Assembly (NCBI GenBank): GCA_048128005.1
Contig: JBEUKZ010000019.1
Span: 310,001-374,000 of the forward strand
Direction: 5' to 3'
DNA from: Veleropilina oligotropha
Lineage: Eukaryota
DNA length: 64,000 nucleotides
The notes under the pieces were generated by a model. That model ran no database searches. It was not told the DNA's origin and saw only the letters and a program-made list of their open reading frames with translations. Both the position numbers and the translations under genes were made by a program. Shown here one piece after another: positions 21,316 through 33,309 of the stretch; position 1 is the first letter of the stretch, and every line of letters starts with the position of its first letter.

Positions 21316-22050
21316 ATGTCGGACGCTGTATATCTAGCTTTTGCTTTCAGCCAGAGCCTGATCTTGCTCCTACTCGCTACATTGTGGTATTGGATTTACA
21401 GTTATATTAGACCGGTGAGGCGATGCTGGAAACGCTTCAGGATGGACAGCCTCATCGATCAACTCATGGATGACGAACAAGAAATGACCGTGGCCGGGCC
21501 ACCCCGCTCGATGCCCGAGGACCCTAAAACCGGCGTAGCAGAGAAACGGGAGAGGCTTGCAGCATTAGCCATTGGAGGACGGGCAGGCAAATACTTGGGG
21601 GGGAGCAACCTCACAGTTGACCGGATCGACGACATGACTGACGACGAGGTCGAAAAGCACCACGCGAGGTATGAAGCGAAACTCGGTGCCGATGTGACGA
21701 AGACTCTGGGGACTTCAGCTATTCATCTCTACGCGGGGGCAGCTGGGACGTTCCTGCCCATTCCACCAGCAAACCAGCTACGACTGATCGCCGACCTGGA
21801 GGCCGACCCGTTCATCTCACATGCCCTGACCACTGCAAGCTGTGAGCTGTATTATAAATATGGCATGTACCTCGCACCGCTGACCGCAGCGTTGACCACG
21901 GCTAAGCACTGCCAATTTGGACATGTTTGCCCGCCTAAGATACCAGATCAAGATGACAACGCCGGAAGTGGACCAAGTGATCGAGAGACAGCCGATCGAG
22001 AGCCAGCCGATAGAGAGGGTGACTTCTTCGACGGACTCATCGGTGAGTAA
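21316..22050 (+). CDS. Hypothetical viral protein (244 aa)
   Basis: Intact ORF in the dense gene cluster, hydrophobic N-terminus. Confidence 0.6.
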   Translation: MSDAVYLAFAFSQSLILLLLATLWYWIYSYIRPVRRCWKRFRMDSLIDQLMDDEQEMTVAGPPRSMPEDPKTGVAEKRERLAALAIGGRAGKYLGGSNLTVDRIDDMTDDEVEKHHARYEAKLGADVTKTLGTSAIHLYAGAAGTFLPIPPANQLRLIADLEADPFISHALTTASCELYYKYGMYLAPLTAALTTAKHCQFGHVCPPKIPDQDDNAGSGPSDRETADREPADREGDFFDGLIGE

Positions 22051-22444
22051 AAAGGACCCGAAAAAAGTGGCTGCAGGGAGGGCCGGCGCTGCTGCTCGAA
22101 AAGCCAAGCAGGAGAAGCTACTGGCCGCGGTTCGAAAAATGAAAGAAGACCTGAGTGCCCCAACAAGTGTTGTCGCTCCATCAGAACAGCCCGGGGAGGC
22201 GGTTCCAGCCGCAGAAAGACCATGTGCGCCAGATACACGGAAATCGGACCCATTTAATTGGACCCAGGTAGCCGTCGCTGCCGGTACGGTTGCGTTGGTA
22301 TTTGTTGTCTGGAAGACGTCCTCAGAACGCAGCAACCCTGGTCCATCCACACCACATCAACAGCCACCAGACGCGGACGCTCGGTGCCCTCGGGCCGCCC
22401 CCACTATCGAATTGAAGAAGCAGAACCCTTTTCATATGCAATAG
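21952..22444 (+). CDS. Hypothetical basic protein with TM segment
   Basis: KKDPKKVAAGRAGAAARKAK basic motif and hydrophobic VAVAAGTVALVFVVW. Confidence 0.6.
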
Positions 22445-22469
22445 TCGCAAACGGTACTAATCAACAGTT

Positions 22470-22709
22470 ATGACTACCCCAATCACTGATGGAAAGATGC
22501 TCGGCAACGCTGTATACCACGCCGCTATAGTGTCAGGCCTCGCCATAGGCTACGCACGCCTGACAAAGATGGTATTCAAGGGAGCGAGCCCCAAACTGGA
22601 CTTCACGGGGTACGATGTCGGGATGGTCGTCCTCGACGTATCGCTCGCCATGGCGACGAAAGACATGCTGATCAAGCAAGGCATCATTCCGGCCGATATA
22701 TTGAAGTAG
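22470..22709 (+). CDS. Small hydrophobic viral protein (79 aa)
   Basis: Two hydrophobic helices, ATG start, tandem arrangement. Confidence 0.55.
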   Translation: MTTPITDGKMLGNAVYHAAIVSGLAIGYARLTKMVFKGASPKLDFTGYDVGMVVLDVSLAMATKDMLIKQGIIPADILK

Positions 22710-22740
22710 TGGGACCTTGCTAGATAATCGCAGCATTTCA

Positions 22741-23169
22741 ATGGCTTCCATTGCGATGCTGGTTGGGGGCGCTCTCGTCAACGCCCTCGCCTTCAGCGGC
22801 TCCAACTTCCTCTTCTCGAAGCTACGCAGCTCCGGTGTCGATGCGGAGCGTAAACGCCACGACATTGCTGTAGAACAGCTCAACGCTGCTCAGACTAAAT
22901 GGTCACAACAGAGGGCAGAGCGTCTCGACTGGCTGAACGTTGAACTTCGCCGCCAGGGTCATGCCGTTGGCACATTCCGGGATGTTGACGCCGCGATCCG
23001 TGAGTATGCATTGATCACCGGCAAGAACCTTGACCCCGACCTGGGGGGTGGCCCTGAGCCCCAGCTGTCTGACTACTACACACCGAGCGATGGCCAGAAG
23101 GGACGTGAGATCACCTTCATCATCCTGGGGATGGCTGCGACCGGGTTGGTCGCCTACAAGCTCGCCTAA
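22741..23169 (+). CDS. Small membrane protein (N- and C-terminal hydrophobic helices, central coiled coil)
   Basis: MASIAMLVGGALVNALAFSGSNFLFSKL...ITFIILGMAATGLVAYKL. Confidence 0.6.
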   Translation: MASIAMLVGGALVNALAFSGSNFLFSKLRSSGVDAERKRHDIAVEQLNAAQTKWSQQRAERLDWLNVELRRQGHAVGTFRDVDAAIREYALITGKNLDPDLGGGPEPQLSDYYTPSDGQKGREITFIILGMAATGLVAYKLA

Positions 23170-23424
23170 TTATTTCCAGTGGACATTTTTTTCGTGTGCC
23201 AGGTATAGTAATGGGGCTCCCAGAAGAGCTGTACTGCGCTATGCTTGCGGTCGGCTATAGTACTACGTTACTCGACTGCTGGCGCCGCGACGAAAAGACT
23301 ATGGTGCGGTTCGCGGTCCTGGTGCTCTCGGGCCCGACCAACCTACGGGCGACCACTGCGCAGCGACCGGCTCCGGAAGCTGAAGCCTGTTGGAGACTGA
23401 TCAGTTTACTGGAATACATTGCTG

Positions 23425-24423
23425 ATGGATAGTAAGCTTGCGAGGATGTACTACAGCCCTAAGGGCTACTGGAAAGGCATTGCCGCGATAAAGAAACTAG
23501 CTGACGCTGCCAAGGCGTCTGAAGTGGAGGCCCGGACATGGCTTAAGAGGCAGGCTATATGGCAGATCTATTTACCTGCGCCACGGCGGATTCCAAGACC
23601 ACGGTTTGACGTTACGACGCCGAACGAGGTTCACCAAGCCGATCTCCTGTTTCTGCCCCATGACAAGGTCGGCCGTAAAACGTACAAGTACGCTTTGACT
23701 GTGGTTGATGTGGCCAGTCGCTTTAAAGAGGCTGAGCCTCTGGTCACAAAAGAGGCCAAAGGGGTTGCTGAAGCACTAGCCCGAATCTACAGGCGGAGTC
23801 CTCTTGGCTGGCCGAAACTGCTTCAAGTCGATCCAGGGCGAGAGTTTATGGGCGCGGTTTCCCAGCTGCTGGCAAAGAATAACGTCGAGGTTAGGCGTGG
23901 CCGTGTGGATATCCATCGCGATCAGGGCATTGTGGAGCGCTTCAACCGGACGCTCGCTGAGCGGCTCTTCGGGCACCAGTATGCAACAGAGATGCGGTTT
24001 GCAGAGTCTGCGAAAGAGGGTCAAAGGTCAACTGAGTGGGTCGCCCGGTTAGCAGCTGTTGTTGCGGCGTTGAATGGGGAAGTGACCAGGCTGACCGGTA
24101 AAAAGCCCAAGGACGCCATCAAGGCACCTCGCGTTGCACAAAAGCCAGGCGCCACTGTTCCAGGCCGACAGGGGAAGGAACAGAAACTCCCCTCTGACGT
24201 AGATGTTCGCTACCTTTACTACGATGGTGAGCTGGAGGGGGGTCATCGCCGTGCTACTGACCCGGTGTGGTCTCTAAAAGTTTACAGGCTTGGACGCTCC
24301 GTCACTAAGCCTGACGAGCCTGTGCTCTACTACTTGCTGGATGGACCACCGCGTGGGTTTGTTCGAGAGGAACTTCTCGTGGTGCCTCGTGATACCCAGC
24401 TGCCGCCGGTTCTCAGGCGTTAA
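23425..24423 (+). CDS. Retroviral-like (RVE, DDE) integrase, Polinton type
   Basis: YYSPKGY N-terminus, HQADL (D), LQVDPGREF (D), IVERFNRTL (E). Confidence 0.93.
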   Translation: MDSKLARMYYSPKGYWKGIAAIKKLADAAKASEVEARTWLKRQAIWQIYLPAPRRIPRPRFDVTTPNEVHQADLLFLPHDKVGRKTYKYALTVVDVASRFKEAEPLVTKEAKGVAEALARIYRRSPLGWPKLLQVDPGREFMGAVSQLLAKNNVEVRRGRVDIHRDQGIVERFNRTLAERLFGHQYATEMRFAESAKEGQRSTEWVARLAAVVAALNGEVTRLTGKKPKDAIKAPRVAQKPGATVPGRQGKEQKLPSDVDVRYLYYDGELEGGHRRATDPVWSLKVYRLGRSVTKPDEPVLYYLLDGPPRGFVREELLVVPRDTQLPPVLRR

Positions 24424-25449
24424 CAACCGCAAATCCTCGTTTCCGGTTACATTCCAGACACGTTAAGCGCACGTTGTCGCGGGTGTGGCCCCTGCTGTTG
24501 TCCACACGGTCGACACTGAACTGCTGTGTGTCCTTCGGGGAATATGCCCAGAGCAGCTCTATGTTGCATGCTGCGCAGCGGTTGTTTTGGGCCTCTCTGA
24601 GCCGCAGGATGTCGTCGACCTTGAGGTTAAACCCCGGGAGTCCCGTTGCCTGGTCCTGGCGTTTGTACGCCACAAGCTTTTTCTGGATGGTCTTTCGGAG
24701 CTGTTGCTCGGTTTGGGGCGCTTGGGGGGGCCTGTCCTCAGAACCCTCATCCGGTGGACAGGTTACCCGTTCGAGCTGACGCAGCAGCTCCACCCGGGAC
24801 ACGGCTAGGTAGGCGAGATTACTCCACTGAAGGTAGTCGTCGATGATCCAGACTTTCTGTGGGTCGTGAATCGTAAGACCCTGGCTCGAATGGATGGTCA
24901 GGGCATAGCCCAGGCGCCAATCCGGGGTCAGGATAGCCCGCTCAGCGGCCTCAATGGTGACCTCGACGACGTCGTTCAGAACTAGCTCCTCTCTGTCGCT
25001 GGTGCCCGGAATGGTTACCATGATGTTCTGTTTTCTGCTGTCCCTGGGGTGGTACAGGATAGGCACCATGGAGTCTGGGAAGTGCTCCTTGTGCCTCTGG
25101 AGCAACAGCTCTTGAGCCCGTTCGCGGACCTTCTGACGGCTTGTGAGGATTAGGTCGCCTGGCTTCCAGGTGTTGACGAACCGGTCCCATCCGAGGCAGC
25201 TGGGGAGGGTCCGTCGCATCTCGTCGCACTGGACTTTGTCGGGCTGGAGACGGATACGTCTTTTCAGGGCTTGGAGGGCAGGGTCGTCTTTCGCCCTGTA
25301 GTCTACTTCGATCTCTTCATAGTAGTCCGCGGTCTTTCGCAGCCAATCGTGCGGCATCTCGCCCGTAATCGGTGGTGGCTGGCCTTGATCACCACAGCAG
25401 ATAACCTGCACTTCGTGGCGGCCCAGCCAGTCCAAGAACATCTCTAGAA
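24413..25449 (-). CDS. Replication polyprotein, 3' part: SF1B helicase motifs III-VI plus HNH/EndoVII-like nuclease
   Basis: CGDQGQPPP, YALTIHSSQGLT, AYLAVSRV, then CAAC...SVDRVDNSRGH..DNV..TCLECN. In frame with the 5' part across the empty site (VPRA|ILEMF). Confidence 0.85.
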
Positions 25450-28118
25450 TACCCTTACGAAATGGGTTTCTAGCAACACAATGACAATAAACTAACTTTA
25501 CACTGACATCTAGCTGACAGTACCCTGGTGATAGAACAAGATCACTGGCAATATGCTGACAACACACTGGACATAGACTGACAACAAAAAATGCATTTCT
25601 GGCAATAGCCTGGCAGTGTTTCCAGTGTGATGTCAGTTTCTGGATACACACTGATAATAACTGACAAGACAATGGCAGGAAATGACATGATTATATTGTG
25701 AAGAAGTCTGATCTGACATCACACTGGTCAGAAATTTACTTTATTACTCACATTGTTTTCATATCTGACAACACACTGGTATAACCAAAACGTACTTGTA
25801 TTGTGTTGTCAGCTATGAAAACAATGTAAATAGCAAGTACATTTCTGCTCAGTGTGATGTCAGATACAAAATGACTGTGGCTATAATATTAATTTAAAAG
25901 TAATTTTCTTGCCGTCAGTATTATATAAATGCCACATATGACAATCTGACAGTACTCTGGCTAAATAAGTACTTTAATATATCCCCTGGTTTTATATCTG
26001 ACATCACACTGTTCAGAAATGTACATTACTTAATAATAATTCACTGTTTTGAATTTTCATATAGATCTGACAACACAAAGGTATGAATAAAACAGAAAAT
26101 TACACAGAAAAATACTGTAATACTGCACTAATATTTATATATTTTTCATAACAAGATACTTGTATGAAAAATATGTTACCATTTAAAGATGCAGGATCTA
26201 CTTCAGATCGCTAAAACGTATTTAAATGCTGTTCTATCTTACACTTTCTGCATTGATTTATTGCATATAGTTAGGACGTTTCAGCGATTACCACACACGG
26301 CAAAATTGTTTTTCACTTAGTAATAAATATTTGAAGTTTTTTTATTGAATTATGAGCGCGCGCTCATAATTCGAGCCGACTGTACACGATATTTGTACGG
26401 AAATGGACGACGGCTTGGCGGAATCAACACGTCACTTAGCTCCGCCCTAAAATCACTCCCGCAATCTATTTATACCGGGTCATTTCTATGTCGTCCTTGT
26501 CTGAGTTTTGTTTATATCGGTTTCCACGGTGGATGTCGACAAGAGAAATAGAGGCAGGCCGCCGTTATCGACTGTGGCTGCTTCTGATTATAAAATGGAT
26601 GTATGCAAAAAATTTGAAATAACAAATAACGCGATCAATGAAAATTGGATGCGGCTACTTCAACTTGTAAACAAAAAGTGAAGCACTTGAAACAGTGAAT
26701 TCCCATTCCATTACAATGTCGCGGTGCGCAATAGGCCTAATTAGTTGGTGAAATAAATATTGTTATTATGTTAGTATTGCTGCCATATACTACAATTATG
26801 AGAAACTAGCTATATCTTCCAATGCAATACATCAATTTCAGCGAACTGCTAATACTAGTAAACACTGACCTAGATCCAACGCAATTTGCTTGCTCTGCAC
26901 GTCAATCATATCGACGGGACCACGTGACGTTTGGCCCAATAACGATAAATGAGATAAGATGGCGTTCGGAGGTTGACGCGCTCGAATAAAATACCACGTC
27001 GGCTGAAGCGATTATTAAATGCCAGCAACACCTTTTGTTGCATTTTAACTTTTCCTTCGTCCTAAAAACATGTCATGTATGGATACCATATCGTATTTAT
27101 GGTTTTATTTTATATGAAATATCATACGAATGTAGACTCAGCATCTTTAATAATGTTTTAAAACGTCAGTTAGAGTATGTTATTATTATTCATATATCTA
27201 CCAATGTGCATTTGCCTAAATTAGCCTAGTAGAATAAAATGCAGTGAAATTTACACATTTGCATGGATGGATCGATGTTTAATGTCCTGTATATTTACAA
27301 TTATCAGTTTCAAGGCAGGACATTTTCATATTATCGCAGGAGGAAAACCCGGTCACCCGCTCTCTCCGACCAACTGCAATTGATAACTAAACAAAGAATG
27401 TTAATGCTCCAACCGAAATACAAACCAACTACTGTTAGCTAGCACAATCTTTCCAGTGATTTCAGAGTTTTGTATAATTGCTTAGTCGCTTTCAAATACA
27501 TTAGGTAATTCAGAGACGTACATGTCTGAATCTAAATTCATGAACACGCATTTCAAAATTATTTGCTGAAGCAACACTGCAGAAAGCCCGTCTACAGCTT
27601 CCACTTTTGCTACACGCAGATGTACATGTTCATTACTGAGGTAATTGATGATCTTTAGAGGCTGTAAAATAGCAGCAACGAAATCACCACAGCTGCTTTC
27701 TATATCACAGTAGTATTTGATAATGCCATAACCTCGGTTCTATATTTCACTGTGCATGAGTTCCGTTTATGTACACGCGTATATGATGTTGAATTTAATT
27801 AAAAATAGTTGACATTCAGATGAGATGCTCAATAAATAATTCCTAAGTCACAAAAATATATCTCTTGTTATATCTAACGATATTTTAATTATGGAAGACA
27901 TTCAAAATCATCAAAAAGGTGACAATCATAGAGGATGTCTCCGAGAATAAGTCACAGCTCACAAGAATTTTAAAAAAGTTCATTTAATAAGGGTATATAT
28001 TGAGATTCATTAAACTAATCTGTTTATAACAATTATACAATAGGTGGCGTACCATTTTCGCAGTCGCAAATCAATCCATTGTCTTTTGATGAATTCAAGC
28101 GTACGCCTCACAGAAGCC

Positions 28119-29441
28119 CAGGGGTCAAAATATCTGGATTTTCTAACAGGTCACCGAGACCTGTTAGCATTACATCTAACAGGTCTTCTCAATAGTTAAC
28201 AGGTCCCGGTTTTCAGCTTTTATATAAAATTCATAAAGGTAGCTTTAGAATGTAGTAGATGATGATGATGATGAATTGATGTTTAACGACCACGCCAACA
28301 GTATTTCAGTTATAAATCGGGTCAATCAACTTTGATGAAATGAAGTAGTGCTGTGTGCAATGGAGGTGGCTATCATTGGAAAAATCCCCGGCACTCCCGG
28401 GGATAGAATGTAGTAAACATTACAATTTTGTGATTAAAATATATATTAATTACTGCTTTTTATTTATTTCATTCTTTTACTTTTAAATAATAGGCTTTAA
28501 TATTATATTTAAATGTTAAATACTATCAGATAATACGTGTGTATGAACATTTGTATTAAAAAAACCATGATTCTGCAAGGTATATGGTTAATTTGTGCAT
28601 GAAATATATCTTCCATTGTGACACAAGATATCTTCCATTGTGACACTAGTTTACTAGCAATATCATCATGGGTTTGTTGAATTTTCTTAAACTGCCTGAC
28701 GTCATGTTTAACAATAACAGTACCCACTTCAAGGAGATCAAAGACTCCTTCATCTCTGCAGCAAGTAGGTCACACCTGCTGAGCTAGACAATTTGCATAT
28801 GAGGCTGGGAATTTAGTGTGCAAGAAACGAAACTAATTCCAGTAATTTATTTAATTTAACAGGGGCTAGCTTAATAGCAATGCACAAGATATTTTAGAAG
28901 CTGCAATGTTTAACTTTAGAGACCACTCATGATTACAATGCTTGATAAAACAACTGGCTGAAATCGAAAGTAAAATAAAGCTGAATGCAAACAAGGGAAT
29001 CACGTGACTGTCTGGAAAAGATGGTCGTGCGTCTTGCAGTTTTGTTAACGTTTCACTTCGTCTTGCGAATGAACTTTGTTGGATATAACAGTGAACAGGA
29101 TTATGAATAAATTGTTACAGCTCAAACAAAAGTTAATAGTAAGTTACATAATTAGTTTAATCACCCAAAAGAAATATTCAGGCTTGTAATTAACTATCGA
29201 TGTTTTTGATATTTGTGGTCGCCAAAAATTGACATGTACGCGAAATATGGGAATGTGCGACTGGCTGTGTTGTGCATTGCACGATGTGGGAGATCGTTTT
29301 TTTCTATCACTGAAGACAATATTAAACATTGGTAAATAAAATATTAACAGGTCACGCGGGCCGACTAGACACCCAAACTAACAGGCGCAAAGCAAAGTTA
29401 ACCGGCGCGCGCCGGCATTTGATGGCATATTTCGGACCCTG
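28119..29441. mobile_element. 1.3-kb non-autonomous hAT-like element inside copy A
   Basis: Absent from copy B (empty site cagaagccta at ~37172-37241 region). Imperfect TIR CAGGGGTCAAAATAT / ATATTTCGGACCCTG, 6-bp TSD GAAGCC, subterminal TAACAGGTC repeats. Confidence 0.85.
28258..28403 (-). mobile_element. Short 5'-truncated SINE/retroposon with (ATC)n tail
   Basis: 12-bp direct repeat TAGAATGTAGTA (28246-57 / 28404-15) and a (GAT)n run at one end. Confidence 0.65.
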
Positions 29442-29873
29442 GAAGCCTACGATTTATTCGCTTGCTATGAACCGTCGGAACGCGTCGACAAACTCCGATT
29501 TCGGCATAGGCACTGTCGAAGCGCGGCCATCGATGCTTCGATGCGAGACATTATCTTTACGAGCTCTCGTCTCTGTAGTCAGTTCCAGCCGTCTCCATTC
29601 TTCGGCCCCCAGTCAGCATTCCAAATCCTTTGTGTTAAGAACCGGAAGTTGTTGACGTGCGTGCGAGAAATCTCAGAATCCATATTATTTATCTTATTTT
29701 CATTTTGTCGCATTGTATATAATATAACAATTTTAAACCAAAGCATACATTACAAAATAGACATTTTAAAATAAATAATATAAAAGTTACCAGCCGGAAG
29801 TTCCAGCTACGGCCGTTTTAATTGGTTAAAACTGTGAATTCGATTTCTGGCGCCTTTTCCAAACAACTTGAAA

Positions 29874-32800
29874 ATGGCAGCATTAATATTTTGGCATAAG
29901 GAGAAAACGTGGTCAATCCAATCAGTGAACACCATTGTGGAACCCAAGAAAGTCTACGGAGATCTGTACCAAAGAGGAGAGCAAGTGAAGGCGCGATATG
30001 GTGGAAATGTGTTTCCAGGAATACTAATCCATCTATCAAGTAAGTATATGTTAGTCTCTTAGTGGGAACAATATATCATAGCCTACGATCATCACTCATT
30101 ATTCTAAATTGTTGTAGGCTAGGCCTATACGAAAATTACGGACTATCGCTCGCTGTTATGGAAGTTTAATAAATAATGTACTGTTATAATTTATCTGAGA
30201 GTTGATCATGAGCGCATTACATTTGGTAATAACAAGGGAGATAATTCAATGTGACGATTACAGTAAACAGCTAGGCTACGAAATGATACTACATTAATTT
30301 TGAAAGATGAAAGTCGATTTCGTGATTGATGTGAAATTTTCAAATTATCAAACATTAAGTGAGCATATAAATAAAGCCTATTCCATATATCCATCGAAGT
30401 GTTCTTGTTACCAAACAAAATTGCATTGCTAACATAATAGTACATGTATAACAGGTAGACCTATCAAGCAATGACATGTTTAAATAATTACATAAAGAAT
30501 ATATTATTTATTATTTAGCTAATTTAATTGTGAAATGCTTGGCTACATTTTGTCTAGGTAATCTTGATATGGTGCAAATTTTGTATCATTTGCATAACAG
30601 TCCATGAAGCCGGTTTCAATATCATGGGCCACAGTTGATAATTTAAATATAAAGAAAATTACCATTATATAAGCCAATGCCCCATATTTGTATATTGTAT
30701 AAAATGTAATCACACAATGACCAGATGAACCTTGACATCGAAAATAGTTATTTTTACCAATCGCTCGCCCAACGTCGTTTCTTTTGCGAGAGTCATTATT
30801 GCTATCCTCAGCATTTTCAGGAGAGTAATTTTTTACTCTCCATTTTGCAAACCATCAGCACTGGTATTGCCGGGGGGATTTGTCTTCTTCTGATAACTCT
30901 TGTTCGTGATGTCGAAGTTGCACATCCTCTTTGCCATGTCTATCAAACTTGATTGTCACTCTCAGAGTATTGCCGTTCAATCATTTAAGTTAGAAATTCA
31001 AATCGACCCCCAGTATCTTCCACCAGAATACAATGCGGACTCAGCCTAAGTTTCTTGACTATTGATACAGGTAAACACTAGGGGCCGACTATGATCGAAA
31101 GCAGTTTAACTTAGACTGGGTTTTGGGACAAACCAGTTATGGCAAAACCTGAACCAATCGTCTAAAATAACCAGTATTACAGAAACACAGTTTACGAACA
31201 CTGATGGTATAAACAACGTTATGGGCTTAAAACTGACTTTGAATCAATACCCGCCGTAACATAATTTGCCCATTCCTAATTTTTCAGAAAAATCTTAAGT
31301 CTGCGCTATAAATAGGCGGTGAAGTTCTAAATATCCCAATCTCAGCCTCACTTTGACATTGCCGATTGTGATGATGACGGACATTGCCAATTATAATTGA
31401 AGCAGACGAGTTTGCTGAAGGTTATCATATTCAGCGAGGCAATAATATGCTTAAAAGACGGCTGCAATATAACGGCGCTTTAATTTTGAACTGACATTTA
31501 ATTTACTTTTGTTTTCTTAATGTATTCTGAATGGTAAACTTTAATGGCGAAATTGAGTTTACAATATTTTTCATGGAATAAAAAAATATCATTAGGCCTA
31601 TAGGTTTTCACCTATAATTTCACAGTAATTGAATCGCAGAGCGGTGTAAACCACTAAAAATCGTCATTTTACGGTATACTCCACTCGCATCGCTGTTTAA
31701 CAGCGTTGACTCTCTTGTACACAAGATTTCATCAGCGCATTGAATAAAATGAATCTTCCGCATTGGAATGTTGTTCCACTTTTTCAATAGGCACTTCTTA
31801 TTTGGTTGAGAGTTGGGAGAGATTCCGACCTCACCAGGAGAAGATCAGTTCGTTCCATAAATGTTAAATTACAGACAGTTTCAGTAAGTTAATGGGTTGA
31901 ATCAAGGTTTAGACCTGCTTCGATCATACAGGCCTGTATGAACCATGGATTTCGCTGGTTAAGGCCTCGCAGCTAATAGGTTTCATCCACCAATCTCAAA
32001 ACAGAATTTCCTTTGTTTTTCAGATGATTGAGCTGTACCAAAATAGTGGAATATTTTGGTACAAGGGTCAGAAGGAGGCTGTTTTGTTCAACTGCCAAGA
32101 AGCTGAAATTTCAATCAGCAAAATTATGGATGTGTTTTTTAATAAGGAAGAATTGGCCCAAGCCAGCGTACGTGGGAATGGAAAATTCAAATCGTTGGAT
32201 AAGGACATAATCGATGCTGCATTTAGTAAGTACTGTACATTCAATTGTAGAAGCACTGTTATGACAGACTGCATGATACTTTTACATAGATTAAATTCAT
32301 TTTATATCCTAACATTTGTCATCAACCAGATCCATCAATTGGATATTAAACGGTGCCAGGTGACCTGGTCTGGTGTTTTAATTTTGATATATATATATAC
32401 CAGAACATATTATAAGTTGTCCAGGGATGTCGCCGTAAACACTGCATTGAATACCGAATGAAGTTGTTTAATGTACTAAGGTAATTCAATGCACCGTGTT
32501 TATCAAGCCGTTGCTTTACAGCATTATTTATCTTGCTTTGACAATGACAAAACTTAATAAACAAACTCCTGACTTGGCGCATAACACTGTTATTATTTAT
32601 ACAGCGATGTATTCAAAATGGCAAACGAAAAACTTCTGTTATGTCTACTCAAGGATTTTCAAGTGGGAACAGTCACAGGTGACGTCAGCGCGATATTAAG
32701 GTTCATTATACCACGTCTGGCTGAAGTTTACGGAAAGTTAGTAAACTGATGACGTCACTGACTCTGGGTCCTATATATTATATACCTATCTGGGTACCAG

Positions 32801-33309
32801 TGGGGAATACGACAATTGTCAAAGGAACGTTAACCAATCAGATTGCATTAATTGTATTAAAAGCTAAAGTAGATAATGTTTATAATAAATTATGCAAAGA
32901 ATATTAGACGTGGCCTGCTTTGAACCTGATGGTTGTAACTATACAGGCAATAAAGCATCGATCCAATTCCAATCCTGGTGAATGTTAAAATGTATGTTCG
33001 TCATTATTAAAGATCATATCATGCCTCATTTAAACCTGAAACATTCTATTTTTTACATTTAAACTTTATGTAACAATTTTGATTGTGATGAATCTTCTGT
33101 TATCCACAGGATTTGTTCAAAGACGATACGATGTAAGCGAGGCACGTCTCGTTAAAATCATTAACGACAAATGTAGCCACCTTCGTCGGCCCAGGCGAAT
33201 TGAAACTTACAGTAGGGAAAAGTACTTGGAAAGGAAGATGATTAAATTGAAAAAAAGAAAAGAGAAAGAAGAGAGGAGGAAACATCGCGACCAGGCAGCG
33301 CTGGCATGA
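29874..33309 (+). CDS. Spliced BEN-domain accessory gene of copy A (exons 29874-30039, 32024-32225, 33110-33309; middle exons unresolved)
   Basis: IMDVFFNKEELAQASVRG..K.LDKDIIDAAF|RFVQRR...LVKIINDKCSHLRR is BEN-like, and the GT/AG phases match across the last intron. Confidence 0.65.

Noticed and set aside
25450..25672. N-terminal part of the 419-aa ORF (MSCQLLSV...), repeated at 34359-34790 and partly at 42180-42674
   Set aside because: Chance read-through into the EnSpm-like terminal repeats. The true upstream part of the helicase is at 42435-45270.
26348..26371. Perfect 24-bp palindrome AATTATGAGCGCGCGCTCATAATT (also ~35466-35489)
   Set aside because: Real, but both instances come from the same duplicated element, so there is no independent conservation or assignable function.
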